This document shows positions 36,554 through 46,885 of a stretch of 64,000 nucleotides of DNA, piece by piece. The notes under the pieces are model-generated. The model did not search any database. It was not told where the DNA came from and saw only the letters and a list, made by a program, of their open reading frames with translations. Within the stretch, counting starts at the first letter, position 1. Each line of letters opens with the position of its first letter. The translations under genes and the position numbers were made by a program. The stretch is from the NCBI GenBank assembly GCA_964542475.1, contig CAZIUL010000020.1:540-64539 (forward strand), written 5' to 3'. The DNA comes from an uncultured Phycisphaerales bacterium. GTDB lineage: Bacteria > Planctomycetota > B15-G4 > CAYZWU01.

Positions 36554-37927
36554 CTATTCGATTTTTATCTCGAGCTGTGACTTCACGGATTCCAGCGTCG
36601 CTTTGTGCTTCTCGACCTTCTTCATGATATCGGCTATCACATCCGGATGTTTTTCCGCTACATCGAACCTTTCGGACGGGTCATGCTCCAGGTGGTACAG
36701 GGCGGGCGGATCATGGGAAACAGGTTTTTCCCCGTATCCGGCCTGGGTTATAAAATGCGCTTTCCACGGCCCGCTTCGAACAGCCATCAGCCTGGTACCC
36801 CGGTAAAAGAACATGCTGTCCCGCCTGCTGTTTCCATCACCTGCCAGAATCGGTATCGCATCCACACCGTCGATCACGCGGTCCGTTGGCAGCTTGGCAC
36901 CGGCCATCAGAAGAGAAGTCGTAAAAATGTCCATTGTACATGCGGGTTGTGCGCTCACTGACCCTGCCTCGATGGTGCCCGGCCACCAGGCTATACATGG
37001 CTCGCGCATCCCTCCCTCCCAGGTGCTGCCCTTCCCCCCGCGCAGGAGGCCGGCTGATCCGCCCCTGAGCCCGCAGATAAGCCACGGGCCGTTGTCGCTT
37101 GTAAAATATACGAGCGTGTCCTGGGCAAGCCCGAGCCCGCGCAAGGTGTCAAGAATCCTGCCCACGCTCCAGTCGAGCTCCTCCACAACATCCCCGTACA
37201 GCCCGCGCCTGCTCGTGTCGCGATACGCATCGGACGCGTATAGGGGAACATGGGGAAAGGTGTGGGCGAAATACAGGAAAAAGGGGGCATCCGCGTTTTC
37301 ACGAATAAAACGTAACGCCTCGTCAGTGTACCGCTCTGTGAGCGTGTCCTGGTCCGCGGGCTCCTCTATCTGCTCTTCGTTTCGCAGCAGCGGACAAGGT
37401 TTCATGTCGTTGCTGTACGGGATGCCGAAGTAATGATCGAAACCTCGCCCGCGTGGAAGGTACTCCGGCAAGTGCCCCAGGTGCCACTTGCCCACGCATG
37501 CGGTGGCATACCCCTCTTTTTTAAGCGCTGAAGCGATCGTGATCTCCGATTCGGGCAACCCGCCCGCCGAATCCGGAAACAGGACGCGCCGCTTGTCGCT
37601 GCACATCCCGGATCTGACAGGGAGCCTGCCGGTAAGCAGGGCCGCGCGGCTTGGCGTGCACACCGATGCCGCCGAATAGAACTGGGTGAGCTTCATGCCC
37701 TCCAAAGCCATCCTGTCCAGGTTTGGGGTCTTGATGGTGGGGTGGCCCAGGCATCCCAGGTCACCGTAGCCCAGGTCATCAGCAAAGATCAAAACAATGT
37801 TCGGCTTTTCCCGGCGGGTAGAACAGTCAAGCGCCCTGCAGCCCGATCCAAGCGGAACAAAAGCCGCGGAACCGGCAAGACATACAAAACCCTGTCCCGT
37901 GGCCTTTAAAAAAGTCCGTCTGTTCAT
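36554..37927 (-). CDS. Arylsulfatase (formylglycine-dependent), Tat-type signal peptide
   Basis: Sulfatase signature CTPSRAALLTGR; MNRRTFLKATG twin-Arg leader; start taken at the internal Met with SD ggagga. Confidence 0.85.
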   Translation of the reverse strand: MNRRTFLKATGQGFVCLAGSAAFVPLGSGCRALDCSTRREKPNIVLIFADDLGYGDLGCLGHPTIKTPNLDRMALEGMKLTQFYSAASVCTPSRAALLTGRLPVRSGMCSDKRRVLFPDSAGGLPESEITIASALKKEGYATACVGKWHLGHLPEYLPRGRGFDHYFGIPYSNDMKPCPLLRNEEQIEEPADQDTLTERYTDEALRFIRENADAPFFLYFAHTFPHVPLYASDAYRDTSRRGLYGDVVEELDWSVGRILDTLRGLGLAQDTLVYFTSDNGPWLICGLRGGSAGLLRGGKGSTWEGGMREPCIAWWPGTIEAGSVSAQPACTMDIFTTSLLMAGAKLPTDRVIDGVDAIPILAGDGNSRRDSMFFYRGTRLMAVRSGPWKAHFITQAGYGEKPVSHDPPALYHLEHDPSERFDVAEKHPDVIADIMKKVEKHKATLESVKSQLEIKIE

Positions 37928-38113
37928 TTCTCCTCCCTTGAAAAAAACGCCCGGCCTGTTTTTTTTCGATGTAAGCCCTGGCTTTGCAAACAGATGCAAC
38001 TGCTTTGAGAGATGCACATTATAATTATGAACTTGCAAGAACCATAATGTTTTTATATTATATGCCGAAAAGTCATATCACAGCTCAAGCCAAACATTTG
38101 AAAGGTAGAAACC

Positions 38114-40426
38114 ATGAAATCATTGCGTACCGTGCTGATCGTGCTTTTTCTCTCGTCCGCTGTCTTTGCATCAGATTGGGTGTCGCTTGCGCCAGGCAGC
38201 CAGGAAGGCGCGACACCAGTGATCAAGGTGCTGTCCTGCGACGTTCATCAGACACAGGTGCAAATCACACTGCCCGGTTTCTTCGTATCGCGCACCCCGG
38301 ATGGTGACCTCATTTCTGTCCCCGGGTGCGGCTCAAAAGGCGACGTGGGCCTCCCCGCGATTCCAGCAGTGTGTTATCTCCTGGCGCTTCCGGAAGGCGG
38401 GGCTGTGGAGATCGAAGTCGATGAGCTTTCCGTGATGTTGCTTGACGGGTACGACATCCTCATGCAGAAGGAGCCGGAAACAGACGCGGCAGCAGCAGCC
38501 CCGAGTCCGAAGCCGCTGCCCTGGCAGAGAAAGTTCCCCTCGGTTTCAGCGGAACAGGGAAGCAGCGGTTACATCAGCGAGCTGCCTGTCTGCTCGATCA
38601 GGACCTATCCGTTTCGCGTCGATGCGGTATCAGGCTCTCTTTCCGTTTGCTCGCGAATGAACGTGACCGTGAAACACGAGTGCGGGACGCCAAACTGGCC
38701 CGCGCCAGCGCTTTCGAGCAGGCTGGTAAAGCGCTGCTCGGACAGCGTTGTCAACTTCGAGTTCGTTCCCAAGGGTTCACCTTCGCGCGGCTCCGACACC
38801 AGGTACCTGATAATCACCACACCAGCGCTTGGATCCGCTGTACAGCCGCTCGCCGAGTGGAGGAACAAGAGCGGCCTCAAAACCGAGGTGGTGACGGTCT
38901 CAACGGGTTCGCAGCAGACGGTGAAAAACATAATCTATCAGTACCCGGACCTCGAATATGTTCTGCTCGTGGGCGATTCGGGAGACATCCCCCTGGCGTA
39001 CTTTTCCGGTAAATACGGTGACCACTGGTACGCATGCACAACCGGCGGAGGAAACCCCGATTTATACGCCGACCTTTCAATAGGCCGGCTTTGCGGATCC
39101 TACTCATCGCGCATCACACCGCAGATCAATCACATCCTGGACTACGAAAAAAGCCCGCTGCTTGGAAACTGGCTCAAAACAACGGTGCTCGTGGCCCACA
39201 AAGAGAACTATCCGTACAAGTATACAGAGTGCAAGAACGAGATCGCGGCAGCGCTTAACTCCTCGAGCAACTGGTCCATCAAGAAGTGCTACGGCGGTGA
39301 AAGCGGTGTAAGCAACGCCACGCTCACCCAAATGATCGAGGACGGCGTCAACCTGCTCAACTACCGCGGCCACGGCGATGTCACCGAGTGGTGGAGCTGG
39401 AACAACTACGGTGAAAGCTACACGAACAACGATGTTGAACAGCTCCAATACACCAACATGCGGCCCATAGTATTCAACATCGCCTGTTATAACGGCGACA
39501 TCTCGAGCTACTGCATGTGCGAGTGCTGGATGGATGCGGACGGCGGCGCAGTGGCGGCCCTCGGCGCAACCGACCCTTCCTACACCATTCCGAACCACGA
39601 CTTCGACAAGAAGCTCTACGAGGCGATCTTCTCCGTGGGGCTTACCGATATTGGAGGCGCCCTCGACTATGCTTCAGATTACATCATCAACAACCACGGC
39701 TGGCTAGGTGAGGACAACGCGAAGATGTACCTGTGGTGCGGCGATCCCGCCATGCGCGTGTGGCTCGACAGCCCATCGGCTTCGATGAGCGCGTCGTATG
39801 ACACGCAGATCGTCGCGGGCTCCCAGAGCTTCGAGGTCGTTGTCACGGACAGCGGCTCACCGGTCCAGGGCGCAACAGTTTGCCTATACCTGGAGGGAGA
39901 GGTTTTCGAGACCGGTGAAACAGGCGCAAACGGCGCTGTCTCGCTCGACATCTCCCCGGCCAGTTCGACCTGCATGTACGTCACAATCACCCATCCCGGC
40001 TACCTGCCCCACGAGGGCGAGGTCTTTATCGGTGGGGGCTCGTTGATGATCGATACGAACAAGATATCAGCGCGCTACGGCGGCACGGTCAACTTCACTC
40101 TGGATGCGGGAGCAGGCCATGCAAACAGGAACTACGTCATGCTCGGAAGCGTCACAGGCACCTCGCCGGGCACCCCGCTTCCAGGCGGCATCGTTACCCT
40201 GCCCATCAACTTCGACATCTTCTCAAACATCGTTATCGCACTTATGAACACAGCGATCTTCACCGATTTCATGGGTACTCTGGACGGATCCGGACAGGGA
40301 TCAGCGCAGCTCAACGCTGTGCCTGTTTCCGGATCACTCGTTGGGGTGAACCTGTACTTTGCATACGGGCTGAAAGGACCATGGAACTACGCGTCAGACC
40401 CGGTAACGATCACAATCGAGCCGTGA
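38114..40426 (+). CDS. Gingipain-like C25 cysteine peptidase, paralog of 1823..4936, with the same C-terminal domain ending ...VTITIEP
   Basis: NYRGHGDVTEW and IVFNIACYNGD catalytic motifs; signal peptide. Confidence 0.7.
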   Translation: MKSLRTVLIVLFLSSAVFASDWVSLAPGSQEGATPVIKVLSCDVHQTQVQITLPGFFVSRTPDGDLISVPGCGSKGDVGLPAIPAVCYLLALPEGGAVEIEVDELSVMLLDGYDILMQKEPETDAAAAAPSPKPLPWQRKFPSVSAEQGSSGYISELPVCSIRTYPFRVDAVSGSLSVCSRMNVTVKHECGTPNWPAPALSSRLVKRCSDSVVNFEFVPKGSPSRGSDTRYLIITTPALGSAVQPLAEWRNKSGLKTEVVTVSTGSQQTVKNIIYQYPDLEYVLLVGDSGDIPLAYFSGKYGDHWYACTTGGGNPDLYADLSIGRLCGSYSSRITPQINHILDYEKSPLLGNWLKTTVLVAHKENYPYKYTECKNEIAAALNSSSNWSIKKCYGGESGVSNATLTQMIEDGVNLLNYRGHGDVTEWWSWNNYGESYTNNDVEQLQYTNMRPIVFNIACYNGDISSYCMCECWMDADGGAVAALGATDPSYTIPNHDFDKKLYEAIFSVGLTDIGGALDYASDYIINNHGWLGEDNAKMYLWCGDPAMRVWLDSPSASMSASYDTQIVAGSQSFEVVVTDSGSPVQGATVCLYLEGEVFETGETGANGAVSLDISPASSTCMYVTITHPGYLPHEGEVFIGGGSLMIDTNKISARYGGTVNFTLDAGAGHANRNYVMLGSVTGTSPGTPLPGGIVTLPINFDIFSNIVIALMNTAIFTDFMGTLDGSGQGSAQLNAVPVSGSLVGVNLYFAYGLKGPWNYASDPVTITIEP

Positions 40427-40504
40427 CAACGGAGTATAAGCGAAACGCCCCGCTTCCCTTCTGGGAGCGGGGCGTTTTTGTGCGGTGAGGGGATGGGGCT
40501 GGGG

Positions 40505-42409
40505 CTATCTCCCTTCCATCCTGTCGAGGATATCCTCCATCTTGTCCATCGCCTTGTTCATGGCGCGCATGGTCACTGTGAACGGCTCGTCGCTTGTCAT
40601 GTCAACACCCGCGACCTTGAGCTCCTCCACCGGGGGCATGGATCCGCCGAGCGTGAGGAACCGGCGGTAGTCCTCGACCGCGCCGGGTTTTCCCTCGAGT
40701 ATCCTCTGTGAAATAGCCGTGGAAGCTGTGATCGATGTGGAATACGAGTAAACATAGAAGTTGTAGTAGAAGTGCGGGATGTAAGCCCACTCAACGTAGC
40801 AGATGGGGTTGATCTCCGTGATTCCCTCTTTTACGCCGTAGTAGTCGTTGATTATCCCGGCGTAGACCTCGTTCAGCTTATCCCCGGTAAGCGCCTCCCC
40901 TTCTTCGACCATCTCGTGAATCGTCATCTCGAACTCGGCGAACTGTGTCTGCCTGAACAGGGTCTGGCGGATACCGTCAATGTAGCTGCCGAGAAGGAAC
41001 AGCTTTACCGCATCGTCCTGCGTGTTCTCGAGCATGTAGTTCATGAGCAGGTGCTCGTTGCAAGTGCTCGCAACCTCTGCCACGAAAATCGTGTAGCCGC
41101 ACGAGGGATAGGGCTGTATCTGGTTCGAGTAGTAGCTGTGCATGGCGTGCCCGACCTCGTGTGCCAGCGTGGACACCTCCTCGTAGGTTCCGGTGAAGTT
41201 CAGAAGCACGTAGGGATGCACGCCGTAAGCCGAACCGCTCGAATACGCGCCGCTCCGCTTGCCCGGCGTGGGGTGCCAGTCGATCCAGCGGTTGTCCAGC
41301 CCGTTCCCGAGCACCTCCACGTAGTCGCTGCCGAGAGGGGCCACACCCGCAAGCACGAGCTTCTTCGCCTCATCCACCGTGTAACTGATGTCCACGTCTT
41401 TTATGATGGAAGCGTAAAGGTCGGAGTAGCGAAGCTGCTCGAGACCCATCATCCGCTTGCGGAGCTTCAGGTAGCGCCACAGGGTGGGCAGGTTGCTGCG
41501 CACGTTCCTGATGAGGTTCTTGTACACCTCCACAGGAACGTTCGAGCCGTTCAGCGCGGAAGCCAGGCAGTTCTCGTACCCTCTTGCCTTGGCCCGGAAC
41601 AGGTTCTTTTTCACCTCCCCGTTGAGCAGGGTTCCGTAAAGCCCCCTGAAACCGTTCAGGTTCCCGAAAAACGCCTGAAACACCTGTTCGCGGTCCCACC
41701 TGTTCTGGACGCCTCGGTAAAACGTGTACGCTGCCGCGTCCAGGTATACCTCCTCGCCGTCGCTCAGCGTTACCGTGGCGCGCGGGATGTCCGCGTTGCT
41801 GAAGATGCTGAACGCCGACTGTGCGTTGCCCGTTATCAGCCCCGCGTCCGCCATGATCTTCTCCTCGTCCGGCGAAAGGGTGTACGGTTTCATGCGCAAG
41901 GTATCATCGATCACAGGCCGGTAGATCTCGAGCCCCGGCTCTTCCTTGTAAAAGCCCTCGATCTTATCCTCTGGAATCGAAAGGATCTCGGGATCTATCC
42001 AGGAAAGCCTGGCTCCGAACTCCGCGCCGAGCGGGGCAAGCGACTGCTTGAGCCCCATGGCTTTCGAGTTCCGCAGGTCAAGGTCGGAAATCTTGCCCGC
42101 GTAAGATGCAAGGCGGGAGAACTTCTTCCTGAGCTCGAATACCAGGTTCATGCAGTTCAGCAGCTCGCCGGCCGAATCACCGAGCTTGCCCTTGTAGGCC
42201 GCAACCTCCGGAATCCTATTCGCCAACTCCTCTTTAGCAGCGGACCATGCCTCTTCGTCGGGATAGAGATCGGTGAGGTTCCATTTCTCTTGCTCCGGGA
42301 TCTTATCGCGGTCTTTCGCGTTTGACGACGGTCCGGCAAGGCAAATGACAGCCATGAGGGTTGCAAGCAGGGTCAAGTGAATCGATCGCATTTCAGGTCT
42401 CCTTATCAA
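40505..42409 (-). CDS. pepF: Oligoendopeptidase F (M3B family), secreted
   Basis: HEVGHAMH zinc motif and overall M3B architecture; 634 aa. Confidence 0.8.
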   Translation of the reverse strand: MIRRPEMRSIHLTLLATLMAVICLAGPSSNAKDRDKIPEQEKWNLTDLYPDEEAWSAAKEELANRIPEVAAYKGKLGDSAGELLNCMNLVFELRKKFSRLASYAGKISDLDLRNSKAMGLKQSLAPLGAEFGARLSWIDPEILSIPEDKIEGFYKEEPGLEIYRPVIDDTLRMKPYTLSPDEEKIMADAGLITGNAQSAFSIFSNADIPRATVTLSDGEEVYLDAAAYTFYRGVQNRWDREQVFQAFFGNLNGFRGLYGTLLNGEVKKNLFRAKARGYENCLASALNGSNVPVEVYKNLIRNVRSNLPTLWRYLKLRKRMMGLEQLRYSDLYASIIKDVDISYTVDEAKKLVLAGVAPLGSDYVEVLGNGLDNRWIDWHPTPGKRSGAYSSGSAYGVHPYVLLNFTGTYEEVSTLAHEVGHAMHSYYSNQIQPYPSCGYTIFVAEVASTCNEHLLMNYMLENTQDDAVKLFLLGSYIDGIRQTLFRQTQFAEFEMTIHEMVEEGEALTGDKLNEVYAGIINDYYGVKEGITEINPICYVEWAYIPHFYYNFYVYSYSTSITASTAISQRILEGKPGAVEDYRRFLTLGGSMPPVEELKVAGVDMTSDEPFTVTMRAMNKAMDKMEDILDRMEGR

Positions 42410-42545
42410 AGCTTCTCATGAACGGAAAACACATATAAAACCTTTTTACTCTACTCTTCGCAATAAAAAACAACGACAGATGGAGCAAGAGCGTATCATT
42501 AGCAATTAGCAATTGACAATTAACAATTAATCACCATCCTTTGAA

Positions 42546-44183
42546 TTGGCGCTTGGATCTGCCCTGAAAAGGCTCTTCCGGTTTCGAACGGGATCGTATA
42601 TGAACAAAACAGGAACTGTTGGATCAGGCTCTATCCGGGGAAACGTCCGCGTGGCAATCATGGCGGCCGCGGGCCTTGTGATAGTAGCCGCCGCCTTTTT
42701 TTTTGTGCCGTCTTTCGGAGAGGACAAGCCCAACATAATCATAATCTCCATCGACACATTGAGGCACGACCACCTCGGGTACAGGGGCTACACTCCTGAA
42801 AACAAGAGCCCGTCCCCGTTCATAGACACGCTTGCACGCGAAGGAGCGGTTTTCACCCGCGCGAGCAGCACTACCACGTGGACACTTCCGGGGCACTGCG
42901 CCATGCTGACCGGTACCCCGGACCAGGTTCACGGCGTGGTCGACGACCGCATCCCCTACGACGCGAGGATCACGACGATCACCCAGGCCCTGAACGACCT
43001 GGGATATGCGACAGGGGGGTTTTTCTCAGCACCGTACATGCACCGGTTCTTCGGATTCTCGCGCGGTTTCGACAAGTACTGGTCCTGTATGTCAGAGGAC
43101 ACCATGTACGACAGGCTGAACGAATGGAAGGATATGTCCAAGGAGCAGGCCTCTGAGGAGGTGGCGATCAGGGAGGTGAAGTCGCACCTCGATGTCACGA
43201 GCGACACAGTGACGAACAAGGCGCTCTTCTTCGCAAAAACCCACAAGGACGAACCGCTTTTCCTGTTTCTGCACTACTTCGATGTTCACAACGACTATCT
43301 GCCCAGGCCTCCGTTCGACAAACGTTTCGATCCAGGGTACAGCGGGTGGGTGGATGGAAGAGCGGTGCTGCGGAATCCTGACATCAAGCCGGACATGGAT
43401 CCCGCGGATCTGAAGCATCTGATAGCGCTCTACGACGGCGAAATCGCGTGGGTGGACCACAACATCTCAAAGCTCTTCGAATCGATCGATTCGGAAATCC
43501 TGGAAAACAGCATCGTGGTGATCACGTCGGACCACGGGGAGGAGTTTTTCGAGCACGGTATGGTTGGCCATCGCGGCAACCTGTACGACCCCACCCTTAG
43601 AATACCGCTTCTTTTCTGGTCGCCGGGCAGGATCCCCCAAGGCATGAGCCTGGATGCGCCTGCCAGGATTTACGACATCTTTCCCACGGTTTTCGACCTC
43701 GCCGGTTACACAGCGCCTGACACGGTCTACGGCACATCGCTCGCGCCGCTGTTAAGAAACGAACCGTTCAAACCGGAGCCGGTGATGGCTGAGCTCGTCG
43801 ATCTGCCTCCCGAGGCGCGGCAGACCGGTGAATTCAGGAAATATTTATCCTATCAAAACAACAGCTTCAAGCTGATCAAGATCGAGAGGAGAAAGTGGTC
43901 GCCCGATAATGCCATCGATTTCAACGGAGAGCTGCTCGAGGAAAGCTATGAGCTATACAACATCGATGACGACCCGAATGAGCTGAATAACCTGTACTCC
44001 AGCGCTCCGGAGATGGCAGAGGTCGTCATGAGGGCGTACGAAAAGGAGCTCGATCGCATGGCGATCCACCGCGCGAAGATAAACGAAGCGGGGCCCATCA
44101 ACCGCTCCTCTCAAGATCTTCCCGAGTGGATGACAGACAGGCTAGAGCAGCTCGGCTACGGAACAGGTTCAAAAACCAGGTAA
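42546..44183 (+). CDS. Sulfatase-family (alkaline phosphatase superfamily) membrane-anchored enzyme with Thr/His in place of the Cys/Arg of the sulfatase signature (TWTLPGH...AMLTG)
   Basis: N-terminal SIDTLRHDHLGY metal-binding motif; the nucleophile position is Thr, which suggests a phosphotransferase/phosphatase-type member rather than a true sulfatase. Confidence 0.65.
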   Translation: MALGSALKRLFRFRTGSYMNKTGTVGSGSIRGNVRVAIMAAAGLVIVAAAFFFVPSFGEDKPNIIIISIDTLRHDHLGYRGYTPENKSPSPFIDTLAREGAVFTRASSTTTWTLPGHCAMLTGTPDQVHGVVDDRIPYDARITTITQALNDLGYATGGFFSAPYMHRFFGFSRGFDKYWSCMSEDTMYDRLNEWKDMSKEQASEEVAIREVKSHLDVTSDTVTNKALFFAKTHKDEPLFLFLHYFDVHNDYLPRPPFDKRFDPGYSGWVDGRAVLRNPDIKPDMDPADLKHLIALYDGEIAWVDHNISKLFESIDSEILENSIVVITSDHGEEFFEHGMVGHRGNLYDPTLRIPLLFWSPGRIPQGMSLDAPARIYDIFPTVFDLAGYTAPDTVYGTSLAPLLRNEPFKPEPVMAELVDLPPEARQTGEFRKYLSYQNNSFKLIKIERRKWSPDNAIDFNGELLEESYELYNIDDDPNELNNLYSSAPEMAEVVMRAYEKELDRMAIHRAKINEAGPINRSSQDLPEWMTDRLEQLGYGTGSKTR

Positions 44184-44226
44184 GAAAAGAGCCCCGCCTT
44201 CAAAAGAAGACGAGGCTCTTGCTTTC

Positions 44227-44304
44227 TGGTAGCCCCAAGGGGATTCGAACCCCTGTTTGATGGCTGAGAACCACCCGTCCTGGACCAGGCTAGACTATGG
44301 GGCC
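44227..44304 (-). tRNA. tRNA-Glu (anticodon CUC), CCA encoded
   Basis: Manual fold: acceptor GGCCCCA/TGGGGCT, D-arm GTCT..GGAC, anticodon stem GGTGG/CCATC with loop TTCTCAG, T-arm AGGGGTTCGAATCCCCT; close to the E. coli tRNA-Glu scaffold. Confidence 0.75.
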
Positions 44305-44310
44305 TTAATC

Positions 44311-44370
44311 GCTGTTTTCGATAACTTTTTCTGAAAGCACATCAAAGCCAAGGAGTTTATCGAAAACAGC
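44311..44370. repeat. Perfect 14-bp inverted repeat (gctgttttcgataa / ttatcgaaaacagc) with 32-nt spacer, next to the tRNA 5' flank
   Basis: Seen directly in sequence; lies within the 370-bp AT-rich intergenic island. Confidence 0.6.
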
Positions 44371-44675
44371 CCTACATTCAAGAAAAAAGAACAGCAAATT
44401 TCAGCAGGCGAGGTAAATAAATCGATAACAGGTTAGATTAAAAGCGGATATGCTGCCGCTTTCTCTGCGACTTCCGCCTTTTCAAGCCATTTTTTGGAGG
44501 CGGGCCACATTTATCTCGTGCTGAAAAGGATATAATACGTAATAATTTCATAGGACTCGGGGCCACCCCTCATAATGGGCTATTCGAGCCGCGAGCTTGA
44601 CGAACAGGGCCTGTCAGCAGTAAACGCCTGACCGGCGGAATCGATCCTGAACTTTCTTGTTTCGGTACATCTCGC

Positions 44676-46610
44676 ATGAATACACGCGAAAAAACAGTTT
44701 TAGCCGTTGTTTTCACGGTCGGTCTCATCCTGCTGGCAGCAGCCGGTTACTACCTCTTTCTGGGCGACACGTCAGGGCCCGACCCCGTAGAAATCGTTTC
44801 CGGAGAGCAGCCTGATGAAGTGGAGACCTTGATAATAAAAGATATCGAGGGTGACCGGGGAGAGTTCATCGAAACGGCGATCCCTAAAAAGGAAGAGAAG
44901 GACATCGGCGCCCTGTTCGGGCTTGTGACTGATGCGGATGAAGAACCGCTGGCGGACGCTGATGTGGCGGTGTTCAGATCCAGCAGACCGATCTCGTTTA
45001 TTTCCGGCACTGTCAAGCCGCTCTACACGACAACAACAGACAAGCACGGAAAATACAGGTTTGAACCGCTCTATACCGGAAGCGGTTACCGGCTTGTTGT
45101 CAAGCATCACGAGTACATGCACAAGAAGCTCGACAACATCCGTATAACACAGGGAGGAGACACCGAGGCGCCCAACATAATGCTGATTCCCGGTAAAACC
45201 GTTACCGGCAAGGTGAGGGATATGAAAAACCATCCCATCAGCGGCGCAGTCATAGCTGTCTTGAACCCGGTCACTGTTTCGTCAAAAGGGTCAACTGGGC
45301 CGGGAGACAACGAGCCGTTAGCTCTTACGAGAACAAACGATGACGGCGAATACTCAATACCCAACATCAACGACAGCAACTTCAAGGTTCGTGCCTCAGC
45401 CCCCGGTTACGCGACACAGTTGAAGCGGAACGAACAGGTTTTCACGAAAATAACCGTGTTCGAGTTCGATTTCCATCTCGACAAAGCGCTGTGCATCGAA
45501 GGAGTGGTGGCGGATGAAAAAGACAACCCTTTGCCGGGAGCCCGGGTCCATGCGCACAAAATGAAAAGCAAGAACCGCCTCCAGGCCTCAGCGACAACCG
45601 ACAAAAAAGGCCGCTTTGTCATCGAAAGCCTGTCCGAGGGCATATACTACGTGGCTGCCACGCACGAGCTCTATTCAACCGAGCCGATGCCGGGAGTGGA
45701 AGCCGGCACTGATAACCTGCGTTTTTATCTGCCCCACAGGAGCGGAATCGCCGGGCAGGTCACCGACTCCGGAAATGTCCCGGTGGCTTCGTTCTGGCTC
45801 AACATCGAGCGCGAGAACGCTCCCCCGGACGGTTGGACCCAGCAGGAGATGCGGAAGAAGTTCTTTCACAAGGAGGGCCGTTTTGTCATCGACGGTGTGG
45901 AACCGGGAAAGTACACGGTCGAGGTGATGGCATCCGGATTCGCCCCGTTCAAAACCGAAAACATAGAGGTGATCAAGGAGGTCTACACAAGCGGCCTTTC
46001 AATCGTGCTGAACAGGGGGGGTACGTTATCCGGATGCGTGCTGAGTCCGGACTCGAAACTGCTCAGCAATGTCACGGTCCGGCTGAGAAGAAACCGCTAC
46101 AAGCCGAACCCCATAGAAAAGTACTTCGGCATAATACGGGACAACCGGACACCAGCGGTGCAGACAGACAAGGACGGGCTCTACAAAATAAAGAACATAG
46201 TTCCGGGCACCTACCAGCTTGAGTTCACGCACAAAACATATCCTTCACTTCATCTTCGCGATGTAAAGGTGAACCTCGACCAGAACACCGAGGTTCCCAA
46301 GCAGTGGATGGAAACCGGGGCCACGCTCCAGGGAACGGTCTACAACGAAACCAATCTGGCTCTGCCCGGAGTGACGGTCAACATCAGAAAAAGCGACACC
46401 ACATTCCACCACACCGAAACAACGAACGCGATGGGCTTCTACAAGATCACCCCTATTCCAGCGGGCATCTACACGGTCGAGCCCTTGGGAAACATAAAAC
46501 AGACCAAAAGCCCGTTCTCGATGATTGGATCCGTTATCAGGAGTCAGGTCAAGAACGTGGAAATCTTCGAGGGTGAGGTCAAGGAACTCAACCTCGTGAT
46601 CTACGATTGA
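44676..46610 (+). CDS. Membrane-anchored protein with 5-6 carboxypeptidase-regulatory-like (CarboxypepD_reg/Cna-B-like) beta-sandwich repeats
   Basis: N-terminal TM anchor; repeated GxVxDxxGxPLxGAxV-type modules. Confidence 0.55.
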   Translation: MNTREKTVLAVVFTVGLILLAAAGYYLFLGDTSGPDPVEIVSGEQPDEVETLIIKDIEGDRGEFIETAIPKKEEKDIGALFGLVTDADEEPLADADVAVFRSSRPISFISGTVKPLYTTTTDKHGKYRFEPLYTGSGYRLVVKHHEYMHKKLDNIRITQGGDTEAPNIMLIPGKTVTGKVRDMKNHPISGAVIAVLNPVTVSSKGSTGPGDNEPLALTRTNDDGEYSIPNINDSNFKVRASAPGYATQLKRNEQVFTKITVFEFDFHLDKALCIEGVVADEKDNPLPGARVHAHKMKSKNRLQASATTDKKGRFVIESLSEGIYYVAATHELYSTEPMPGVEAGTDNLRFYLPHRSGIAGQVTDSGNVPVASFWLNIERENAPPDGWTQQEMRKKFFHKEGRFVIDGVEPGKYTVEVMASGFAPFKTENIEVIKEVYTSGLSIVLNRGGTLSGCVLSPDSKLLSNVTVRLRRNRYKPNPIEKYFGIIRDNRTPAVQTDKDGLYKIKNIVPGTYQLEFTHKTYPSLHLRDVKVNLDQNTEVPKQWMETGATLQGTVYNETNLALPGVTVNIRKSDTTFHHTETTNAMGFYKITPIPAGIYTVEPLGNIKQTKSPFSMIGSVIRSQVKNVEIFEGEVKELNLVIYD

Positions 46611-46885
46611 GAATCAGGCTGTAGGCTTAACTAGGATAATTTTTATATAGCGGTTCTCTTCTTCCGTTCCTGATATCGATTTCGATTCTACATCCCAAAC
46701 CAGAACTCCCTCTTCTTGAACACCGAACACTTCCCCGTACTTAATCGTATCCAGCTAGTGGAAATTTCATTCTTTTTTTTGCATGGTATCTATCTTGCAC
46801 ATCGCCTGAAACAGCGGGTGTTGCCTCGGTGCCGCGCATGCAACGGCTTACGTAACGTAAAACCTGACCGAAAGGAACCGGACAG

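Noticed and set aside
40772-42325. 517-aa plus-strand ORF
   Set aside because: Antisense to pepF. Long antisense ORFs are expected at 60% GC; the translation is Arg/Leu/Val-rich with no domain.
44227-44304. Alternative tRNA identities (Gln/Asp)
   Set aside because: The anticodon loop TTCTCAG gives CUC. The D-arm and T-arm match the tRNA-Glu scaffold, so Glu is kept, although the discriminator is A rather than the usual G.
46611-46885. Cobalamin riboswitch upstream of the B12-type radical SAM gene
   Set aside because: I looked for the B12-box (…GCCACTG…) and a conserved core. Only an isolated gaaagg and no convincing B12 box, so this is not called.
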